This document shows positions 1-6,888 of a DNA stretch of 64,000 nucleotides, one piece after another. The first letter of the stretch is position 1, and every line of letters begins with the position of its first letter. Both the position numbers and the translations under genes were made by a program. The stretch is taken from positions 64,001 through 128,000 of the forward strand of contig CAXXLV010000001.1 in the NCBI GenBank assembly GCA_963664305.2. Direction: 5' to 3'. The stretch is from an uncultured Aliarcobacter sp. Its GTDB lineage: Bacteria > Campylobacterota > Campylobacteria > Campylobacterales > Arcobacteraceae. Below the pieces are notes generated by a model. The model was not told where the DNA came from and did not search any database. It saw nothing but the letters and a program-made list of their open reading frames with translations.

Positions 1-639
1 CAAATCTTTTGGAATTTTTGTTTTTATATTTTTAACTAATGTTTTCAAAGCATCTTTTGTCATAACACTATCCGCCCAAACATAGTTTTCAATCTCTTCA
101 TAAGTTACATATCTATTTTTGTTTTTTATTAGTAATTCTAAAAATAAAATCTCTTTTGTTCTTAACTTTACTATTTCATTATTTATTACTAAATTTTTAT
201 TAAATGTATCAAAATATATTTCATCATCAATTTGCACAATATTTGAAACATCATCTTTCAATGAATTAACACATAAAAACAATGCCTCTTCAAACTCTTT
301 TTCCTTTACAGGTTTTACAAGATATTTTACAAGTTGAAGCTCTATTGCTTTCAATAAATACTCTTTATCACAAAATGCTGTAATAACAATAATTTGTGTT
401 TTTTTATCTTTTTGTCTTATTCTTTTTACAAATTCTAAACCATTTAATTTTGGCATTTGAATATCTGTTATTATAATATCTGGTTTATATTTTTCATAAA
501 GTTGCAAAGCAATTATCGCATCACTTGCTTCATATATAGTTTCAAAAAAGTTTTCTAGATATTCAATCCCGTTTTCTCTTGCGATTTCATCATCTTCAAC
601 ATACAGAATTTTTATATTTTTATTGATATTTTTTAACAT
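1..639 (-). CDS. OmpR-family DNA-binding response regulator (3' end runs off the window)
   Basis: Not in the ORF track; manual translation from ATG at 639 gives MLKNINKNIKILYVEDDE...IITDIQMPKLNG...ITAF...YLVKP (receiver domain), then a winged-helix region (VTYEEIENYVW); frame is open to the window edge. Confidence 0.9.
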   Translation of the reverse strand, partial: MLKNINKNIKILYVEDDEIARENGIEYLENFFETIYEASDAIIALQLYEKYKPDIIITDIQMPKLNGLEFVKRIRQKDKKTQIIVITAFCDKEYLLKAIELQLVKYLVKPVKEKEFEEALFLCVNSLKDDVSNIVQIDDEIYFDTFNKNLVINNEIVKLRTKEILFLELLIKNKNRYVTYEEIENYVWADSVMTKDALKTLVKNIKTKIPKDL

Positions 640-680
640 TTAAAATTATATCTTATATATGATTATGTTAGAATTCCGCC

Positions 681-1196
681 ATGAGAAAATATAATTTTGA
701 AACAAAAGAAGTTATTGTTACAACGACTTTTTCAACACCTTTTGGTGAAATGTTTGCAGCTGCATCTAAAAAAGGAATTGTAATACTTTCTTCATTTACA
801 CCTTTTCATATTGAAGCAAAAATTGAAGTTTTAAAAAATACATTAAACGCAGATGTAATTCCAGGAAACTGTGAAGCTTTTGAAATTTTAAAAATTCAAT
901 TAAATGAATATTTCAACAAACAACGAAAAACATTTGAAATTCCACTACAACTTGTTGGTTCTCCTTTTCAGATAAAAGTTTGGAAAGAATTACTAAATAT
1001 TCCTTATGGAAAAACTATAAGTTGTGATGAAATAGCTAAAAAACTTGAAGATGAAAAGTTATCAAAAGCTGTTTCAAATGCAACTTTACAAAATATGATA
1101 GATATTTTAGTTCCAAGTTTTAGAGTAATTTTAGATGAAGTTAAATTTTCAATTGATGAAAAAAACAATTTTTTATTAAAGTTAGAAAAAGAATGA
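681..1196 (+). CDS. Ogt/methylated-DNA-protein-cysteine methyltransferase-like protein; acceptor motif altered (PSFRV instead of PCHRV)
   Basis: STPFG, QLNEYF, GSPFQIKVWKELLNIPYGKTIS and ILVPSFRVI match the Ogt architecture. Confidence 0.85.
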   Translation: MRKYNFETKEVIVTTTFSTPFGEMFAAASKKGIVILSSFTPFHIEAKIEVLKNTLNADVIPGNCEAFEILKIQLNEYFNKQRKTFEIPLQLVGSPFQIKVWKELLNIPYGKTISCDEIAKKLEDEKLSKAVSNATLQNMIDILVPSFRVILDEVKFSIDEKNNFLLKLEKE

Positions 1197-2602
1197 TAAG
1201 CAAAACAATTTTTAGACAATATGATATTCGTGGTATTGTAAATGAGGATTTAACCTATGAAAATGCCAAATTAATTGGTTATTATCTAGGATGTCATATA
1301 AAAGAAAAAACAAAAACTATGCCATATATTGTTGTTGGTTATGATGTTAGAACTCACTCTCAAATGCTTTTTAATGGATTAATTTCTGGAATTAATCTCT
1401 CAGGTTGTAAAGTTTTAAATATTGGACTTGTAGCAACTGGAGTAAATTATTTTGCTTCTTTTCAAGAATTTTTAATAGATGATAAAAAAATAAAACCTAA
1501 TGCTTCAATTATGATTACAGGAAGTCATAATGCTAAAAAATATAATGGATTTAAAATCACCATAAACAACGAACCATTTTTTGGAGATGAACTAATCTCT
1601 TTATATGAAGAAATAACAAAAAATCCAAATATACAAATTCCAGACAATTTTGATTTTATAGAACTTGATGCTAAAAATTTATATATAGATTTTATGGTTA
1701 ATCAGTTCTCACACCTAAAAGATTTTAAAATTCCTTTTATTGTTGATTGTGGAAATGGAGTTGCAAATACTGTTTTATGTGATATTTTAGATAAATTAAA
1801 TCTAAATTATAAAGGAATTCATCTAAATCCAGATGGAGAGTTTCCAAATCATCATCCAGACCCAACAAATGAAAAAAATTTAGAAGATTTAAAAGCTTTA
1901 TTGATTGATGATTATAACTTAGGTTTTGCCTATGATGGAGATGCAGATAGAATTGCCGTGTTAACTCAAAAATATAATATAAAAGGCGATATGTTAGCCC
2001 TACTTTTTTCAAAAACTATGAAAAACCCAGTTATTATTGGAGAAGTAACATATTCACAAAATATTTTTGAAGAGTTAAATCATGAAGCAAAAACTATTAT
2101 GAATAAAACTGGTTATTCAAATTTAAGACTAAAACTAAAAGAGTTAAATGCTGATTTAGCAGCTGAAGTTTCAGGACATATATTCTTCAATGATAGATAT
2201 TATGGGTATGATGATGCAATTTATGCAACATTTAGAGTAATAGAACTTTTGTATGAAGGAATAAATCTAGATATTGAATTAGATAAACTTCCAAAAGTTT
2301 ATACAAGTTCAAATATTGAAATAAATGTAAATGAAAAAGATAAATTTTTAATCATAAAAAAAATTGATGAAAAATTAAAAACTATTCAAAGAGGTTTTCC
2401 AATAATCAAAGATATAGTCAAAATAGATGGTCTTAGAATAAATTTTGAGTATGGTTTTGCTTTGATTCGTGCTTCAAACACAAATTCTGTAATAGTTACA
2501 AAATATGAAGCTACAAGCTACGCAACAGCTGTTAGTTACAAGGTTGCAGTTGAAAATATTTTAAATGAGGTAATAAATGAAATTAATAGCTCTACAAATT
2601 AA
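1193..2602 (+). CDS. Phosphomannomutase/phosphoglucomutase (AlgC-like)
   Basis: IFRQYDIRG, ITGSHN phosphoserine loop, FPNHHPDP, DGDADR metal loop, IRASNT; ATGA overlap with the upstream gene. Confidence 0.9.
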   Translation: MISKTIFRQYDIRGIVNEDLTYENAKLIGYYLGCHIKEKTKTMPYIVVGYDVRTHSQMLFNGLISGINLSGCKVLNIGLVATGVNYFASFQEFLIDDKKIKPNASIMITGSHNAKKYNGFKITINNEPFFGDELISLYEEITKNPNIQIPDNFDFIELDAKNLYIDFMVNQFSHLKDFKIPFIVDCGNGVANTVLCDILDKLNLNYKGIHLNPDGEFPNHHPDPTNEKNLEDLKALLIDDYNLGFAYDGDADRIAVLTQKYNIKGDMLALLFSKTMKNPVIIGEVTYSQNIFEELNHEAKTIMNKTGYSNLRLKLKELNADLAAEVSGHIFFNDRYYGYDDAIYATFRVIELLYEGINLDIELDKLPKVYTSSNIEINVNEKDKFLIIKKIDEKLKTIQRGFPIIKDIVKIDGLRINFEYGFALIRASNTNSVIVTKYEATSYATAVSYKVAVENILNEVINEINSSTN

Positions 2603-3299
2603 AACATCAAATAATTTTCAAGAAAATCTTGATAATTTAAAAGAATTAATAAATTCATGTGAAGAAAACTCTTTAATTTTAGCTCCTGAATTAGCTTTGA
2701 GTGGATTTTCTTATGATAGAATGGACGAAGCTTCATCTTTTTCAATAAAAGCTATTGATGAAATAAAATTATTAAGCCATAATAAAATTATTTCTTTAAC
2801 ATTTATTACAAAAAAAGATGGGAATTTTTTTAATACGTTATATATATTTCATAATAAAAAAATCATTCATACACAATCAAAAATAAAACTTTTTCCTCTT
2901 GGAAATGAACTAGAATATTTTAGTTCAGGAAATTTAAATGATTTAAAAATCTTAGAAATCAATGGTATTAAAATAGCAACTTTAATTTGTTTTGAATTAA
3001 GATTTCCAGAATTATGGGAAAAAATAAAAGGTGCTGATATTATATTAAATCCAGCAATGTGGGGATTAAAAAGAAAAGACCATTATGAATCTATTTCAAA
3101 GGCATTAGCTCTTGTTAATCAATGTTTTGTAATTGCTTGCAACAGTGCAGATGATAACATGGCAAAAGGTAGTGCGATTATAAGTCCATTTGGAAATGTA
3201 ATTAAAGATGATTCAAAAATTAAGATTGAAAGTGATTTTGATTTTGAAGAGATAAATAAAGTTAGAAAATATATTGATATTGGATTAAATAAAAAGTGA
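2577..3299 (+). CDS. Carbon-nitrogen hydrolase (nitrilase superfamily)
   Basis: E-K-C triad in APEL, SKIKLF and ICFELRFPE. Confidence 0.9.
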   Translation: MKLIALQIKTSNNFQENLDNLKELINSCEENSLILAPELALSGFSYDRMDEASSFSIKAIDEIKLLSHNKIISLTFITKKDGNFFNTLYIFHNKKIIHTQSKIKLFPLGNELEYFSSGNLNDLKILEINGIKIATLICFELRFPELWEKIKGADIILNPAMWGLKRKDHYESISKALALVNQCFVIACNSADDNMAKGSAIISPFGNVIKDDSKIKIESDFDFEEINKVRKYIDIGLNKK

Positions 3300-3316
3300 T
3301 TAAAAATAGATTAGTA

Positions 3317-3526
3317 TTAATCTACTTTTAATGAATTTCTAATTTCCTCTAAAGGAACACCACTTTTTTTAGCAAGAAGTGCTAATTTTGTAATTCTTCT
3401 AATATGTGAAGGTATTACTTTATATGTTGTAAAAGTTGATGCTTTTACACCTATTTCCTCTGCAAATTTACCTTGAGAAGAGAACCCTATCTCTTTAATT
3501 ATTTTCTTAAATTCTTTTTTTTCCAA
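3317..3526 (-). CDS. Small XRE/Cro-like helix-turn-helix protein
   Basis: 69 aa; SQGKFAEEIGVKASTF is an HTH pattern; TTG start. Confidence 0.65.
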   Translation of the reverse strand: MEKKEFKKIIKEIGFSSQGKFAEEIGVKASTFTTYKVIPSHIRRITKLALLAKKSGVPLEEIRNSLKVD

Positions 3527-3624
3527 TGTCTACTGTTCTCATAAAATTTTTTTGGAATTATAGTTTGAATAAACTAAATAAATTATTAATCAATCCCCAA
3601 AAAACAAGCAAAACATAGTAATAT

Positions 3625-3653
3625 TTGACAAATTTTGAATTTTTAGCTACAAT
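3625..3653 (+). promoter_or_regulatory. Sigma70-type promoter of the transglycosylase gene
   Basis: TTGACA (3625-3630), 17-bp spacer, TACAAT (3648-3653); AAGGAG RBS downstream. Confidence 0.7.
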
Positions 3654-3689
3654 TGACCCCTTTAAAAAAGAAAAACAAAGGAGAAAAAA

Positions 3690-4187
3690 TTGAGATTAAG
3701 AGTAATTTTACTTATTCTACTATTCATTTCTAATGTTTTTGCATCAGATTTTGATATTAAAAACTTAACACAACAAGAAATTGAAACATTAAAAGAAATA
3801 AAAAGACAAGGCCAAGAACATGGGCTTAGTTACTCATTGATGGCAATTGCAATTAAAGAGTCAGGACTAGGGAAAGTGATGATAAATTTAGATTCAAAAG
3901 ATTTTGGAATTTATCAAGCTAACATAAAAACTGTAATTAATAGACAAAATGTAAAAGATACTTCATGGAATAGAAATATGTTTGCAACAAAATTAATTTC
4001 AGATTTCCAATTTGCAACAAAAAATGCAATTGATGAATTAGTTTATTGGCAAAAAATCCACAAAAATGATTGGTCAAAAGTTTGGAGCAGTTATAATGGT
4101 GGATGGAAATACAATAGTAAAGAAGCAAAAGAATATTCTCAAGAAATAGCTGCGATTATTAGAGAACTAAGAAAAATAGACGTTTAA
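3690..4187 (+). CDS. Secreted lysozyme-like/lytic transglycosylase (SLT-type) protein
   Basis: Signal peptide (VFA|S); AIAIKES (catalytic Glu), GIYQAN and SYNGG motifs. Confidence 0.75.
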   Translation: MRLRVILLILLFISNVFASDFDIKNLTQQEIETLKEIKRQGQEHGLSYSLMAIAIKESGLGKVMINLDSKDFGIYQANIKTVINRQNVKDTSWNRNMFATKLISDFQFATKNAIDELVYWQKIHKNDWSKVWSSYNGGWKYNSKEAKEYSQEIAAIIRELRKIDV

Positions 4188-4193
4188 AAATTT

Positions 4194-4216
4194 TTAACTA
4201 GGAATTTCCTAGTTAA
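4194..4216. terminator. Inverted repeat after the transglycosylase gene
   Basis: TTAACTAGGAA-T-TTCCTAGTTAA. Confidence 0.6.
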
Positions 4217-4268
4217 TCTCTTCCAAATAAAAATCTTTATAAAAAATCAAAAAACTTTTTAATTTAAT

Positions 4269-4283
4269 TGATAATCATTCTTA
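4269..4283. promoter_or_regulatory. Fur box 1
   Basis: TGATAAT-C-ATTCTTA, 12/14 match to the 7-1-7 consensus TGATAAT-N-ATTATCA. Confidence 0.7.
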
Positions 4284-4321
4284 ATATTAATAAAAGATTA
4301 AGTTTTATTCCAATATTATTT

Positions 4322-4336
4322 CAATAATGATTATCA
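4322..4336. promoter_or_regulatory. Fur box 2, between a TATTAT -10-like hexamer (4314-4319) and the micropeptide RBS
   Basis: CAATAAT-G-ATTATCA, 12/14 match to the 7-1-7 consensus. Confidence 0.7.
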
Positions 4337-4352
4337 ATATAAAGGATAAAAA

Positions 4353-4412
4353 ATGTTTGAAAATTTTGAAAATAAAAAAGATCTTGTAAAACCAACTGGT
4401 TGTACTTGTTAA
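4353..4412 (+). CDS. Putative 19-aa micropeptide MFENFENKKDLVKPTGCTC
   Basis: AAGGA RBS just upstream of the ATG; tandem TAATAA stop; first ORF after the Fur boxes; next gene starts 13 bp after the stop. Confidence 0.6.
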   Translation: MFENFENKKDLVKPTGCTC

Positions 4413-4425
4413 TAAAGGGTTTATA

Positions 4426-4761
4426 ATGAGTATTCTAATTATTGGAGGAGATCAAATCTCTCAAATCTCAACAATGCTTACTGAACTTGGTGCAAAAACA
4501 ATAAATCATTGGGATGCTAGAAAAAAATCATCTGCACCCAAAAAGAAAGTACCACAAGATACAGATTGTATAGTAATGCTTACATCTTTTTTGAATCATA
4601 ACACAATGTTAAAATATAAAAATGAAGCAAAAAAGAAAAATATTCCATTTATCTGTGCAAAAAGATCAATAAATTGTGTTTATGATGAATATATAAAAAT
4701 AATGGGTATAAAAGATTGTAAAGAATGTTATGCAAATTGCGATAAGGAATTAAAATGTTAG
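4426..4761 (+). CDS. DUF2325-family protein with Cys-rich C-terminal tail
   Basis: MSILIIGGD...HWDARK...IVMLTSFLNHN...AKKKNIPFICAKRS pattern; tail CKECYANCDKELKC. Confidence 0.75.
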   Translation: MSILIIGGDQISQISTMLTELGAKTINHWDARKKSSAPKKKVPQDTDCIVMLTSFLNHNTMLKYKNEAKKKNIPFICAKRSINCVYDEYIKIMGIKDCKECYANCDKELKC

Positions 4762-5510
4762 AAAATAATTTAATAGGTTTTTCTCAAGAAAAAGAGTATT
4801 TACCAAAGGATTTTGATGAATTTAACTCATTAAATAGATTGAGACAATTGTTTCTAAACTTAAGTAACAATATTTTAAATTCTTATTGTCATTTTACAAA
4901 ATATGAACAAAAAGCTTTATCTAATTATGATTTAGAAAAAGCATTTACATATAAAATAAAAAAAATGCAACCATTAAGTTTTATAAAAACAAATAGACAA
5001 ACAAGCAAAAGCTTTAAATTTTGTCTAAATTCAACAAAAATAATTAACAACTATTTTAATACAAACAAAGAATCTATTTTTATTTCAAACAGCAAACTTT
5101 TACCTTTAGCAAAACTAATTTCAGTATGTTATGTAAATAACAAACTTCAATTATTGATTGATAAACATTTACTATTTCATGAATTCGTTTTAAAAAAGAT
5201 AAAAAAACTTCATAATGATAAAACTGTTATAGATTTAGGTAATGCTATCTGTATCAAATCTGATGATTTTGTAGGACTTAAAATCTATACTTCTTGGAAA
5301 GATATTGAGGTAAAAAAACCAAATATAAAAGATGAATTGGAAAGTGCAATTAAATCTATAAAAAAAGGCGAATATTTTCAAATATATTTAGCCTATCCAA
5401 AAAACAATGAATTTACAAAACAAATACCTGTTTATGTAGATGAGTTAAAAAATAAAGAGTATCAAATAAAAGCTATTCCTTACTCTTTAAGATCAATTAT
5501 AAAAAATTAA
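4755..5510 (+). CDS. Hypothetical protein resembling a degenerate McrC-family domain
   Basis: LLIDKHLLFHEFV, IYTSWK and IYLAYPK recall the McrC motifs LFDMNxLFExFV, IDTKWK and LLYP; overlaps the upstream gene by 7 bp. Confidence 0.5.
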   Translation: MLENNLIGFSQEKEYLPKDFDEFNSLNRLRQLFLNLSNNILNSYCHFTKYEQKALSNYDLEKAFTYKIKKMQPLSFIKTNRQTSKSFKFCLNSTKIINNYFNTNKESIFISNSKLLPLAKLISVCYVNNKLQLLIDKHLLFHEFVLKKIKKLHNDKTVIDLGNAICIKSDDFVGLKIYTSWKDIEVKKPNIKDELESAIKSIKKGEYFQIYLAYPKNNEFTKQIPVYVDELKNKEYQIKAIPYSLRSIIKN

Positions 5511-5534
5511 TACTATTTATTAGGAGAACATAAA

Positions 5535-6032
5535 ATGGCAACAGCAATATTTTTTGCAAGTAGTACAGGAAATTCAGAAGAAATAGCAAATAAAATTGCT
5601 TCTAAATTAGGAGATATTGAAGTTTTTGATTTAGCTGGAACTAAAATTGATAAAATCAATAACTATGACAAATTAATTCTTGGGGGCTCAACTTGGGGTG
5701 ATGGAGAATTAAATGATGATTGGGAAGATGCATGGGGCGATTTTTGTAAATTGGATTTATCAAATAAAACTGTTGCTCTTTTTGGTTTAGGTGACCAAGA
5801 AAGTTATAGTGATGAATTTTGTAGTGCAATGGGAATTATTTATGAACAATTACAATCAAACAATGTAAAAGTTGTTGGTTTCACTTCAACAGATGGATAT
5901 TATCATGATGGTTCAAAAGCTCAAATTGACGGTAATTTTGTTGGATTAGTAATTGATGAAGATAATCAAAGTGATTTAACTGATGAAAGAATTGAAAATT
6001 GGGTAAATGAAATTAAATCAGAAATTTTATAA
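5535..6032 (+). CDS. fldA: Long-chain flavodoxin
   Basis: SSTGNSE FMN-phosphate loop, STWGDGE, FGLGDQESY, GLVIDEDNQ; AGGAG RBS. Confidence 0.95.
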   Translation: MATAIFFASSTGNSEEIANKIASKLGDIEVFDLAGTKIDKINNYDKLILGGSTWGDGELNDDWEDAWGDFCKLDLSNKTVALFGLGDQESYSDEFCSAMGIIYEQLQSNNVKVVGFTSTDGYYHDGSKAQIDGNFVGLVIDEDNQSDLTDERIENWVNEIKSEIL

Positions 6033-6039
6033 TTAAAAA

Positions 6040-6068
6040 TAGTATATTAAGAAATTCTTAATATACTA
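6040..6068. terminator. Hairpin between the convergent fldA and fur genes (probably bidirectional)
   Basis: Perfect 14-bp arms: TAGTATATTAAGAA-A-TTCTTAATATACTA. Confidence 0.75.
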
Positions 6069-6518
6069 CTAATCTTGACAACTTTCGCAAGTTCCATATA
6101 ATTGCATAGAGTGACTTGTTATTTTAAATTTATTTTTTTTAGCAATTTTGTCTTGTCTTTTTTCAATTTCATCATCAATAAATTCTATAATTTTGCCACA
6201 ACTTGTACATATTAAATGGTCATGATGAGATTTTGAATTACTTTCGTATTTTTTTCCATCTGTTCCAAAAGTAATTGAAGTAATTAAATCTACTTCTTCT
6301 AAAAAACTAAGAGCTCTATATACAGTTGCAATTCCAATGTTTGACTCTTTATAATCTTTTTTTATTTGATTATAAATTTCTTCAGCAGTTAAATGTTCTT
6401 TTGCATGTAATAAAATATTTAAAACGATCTCTCTTTGCTCAGTATATTTAAGACCTTTTTGCTTTACTATTTTTTTTAATTCATCAATTATTTCTTCATT
6501 ATTGTTTTCAGTTAACAT
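6069..6518 (-). CDS. fur: Ferric uptake regulator
   Basis: GLKYTEQR, HLTAEEIY, IGIATVYRAL, HHDHLICTSCG, CESC; start moved to ATG 6518 (AAGGGTG RBS). Confidence 0.92.
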   Translation of the reverse strand: MLTENNNEEIIDELKKIVKQKGLKYTEQREIVLNILLHAKEHLTAEEIYNQIKKDYKESNIGIATVYRALSFLEEVDLITSITFGTDGKKYESNSKSHHDHLICTSCGKIIEFIDDEIEKRQDKIAKKNKFKITSHSMQLYGTCESCQD

Positions 6519-6626
6519 TAAAATCACCCTTAAAAAATTATAACTTTTTAGTATATCTAAAACTTCCCCTAAATTACAAATCAGTTTATTGATAGTAATC
6601 AACTATAAGAAAGGGTAATTATATTA

Positions 6627-6641
6627 TAATAATCATTATTA
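6627..6641. promoter_or_regulatory. Fur box upstream of feoA, in the divergent fur/feoA interval
   Basis: Perfect palindrome TAATAAT-C-ATTATTA, 19 bp before the feoA ATG. Confidence 0.7.
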
Positions 6642-6660
6642 ATCCTATCTGAGAAAAAAA

Positions 6661-6888
6661 ATGACTTTAAATGAATTAAAATTGAATGAAAGTGCTCAAA
6701 TTGTTGCAATAAATTGTGACAATATTTTAAAAAATAGACTTTACTCTTTTGGTATAGTAAAAGGTTCAATTGTAACAATCGAAGGTTTAACTCTTACAAA
6801 AAGTACAATCGAAATAAAAGTTAATCAATCTAAAATCGCATTAAGACTAAGTGAAGCTTCAAAAATTGAGGTTGAATATGCAAGATAA
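6661..6888 (+). CDS. feoA: Ferrous iron transport protein A
   Basis: RLYSFGIVKG...IALRLSEASKIEV; directly upstream of feoB. Confidence 0.92.
   Translation: MTLNELKLNESAQIVAINCDNILKNRLYSFGIVKGSIVTIEGLTLTKSTIEIKVNQSKIALRLSEASKIEVEYAR

Noticed and set aside
119..337. Plus-strand 72-aa ORF and similar short antisense ORFs (e.g. 1004..1219, 28032..28412, 56632..57165)
   Set aside because: They lie antisense to or inside well-supported genes and have no motif or RBS
6519..6602. N-terminal extension of Fur in the ORF track (similarly for feoB, VF530, tautomerase and EI24)
   Set aside because: Downstream starts have better RBS support and match family N-termini; the extensions run through promoter DNA or neighbouring genes
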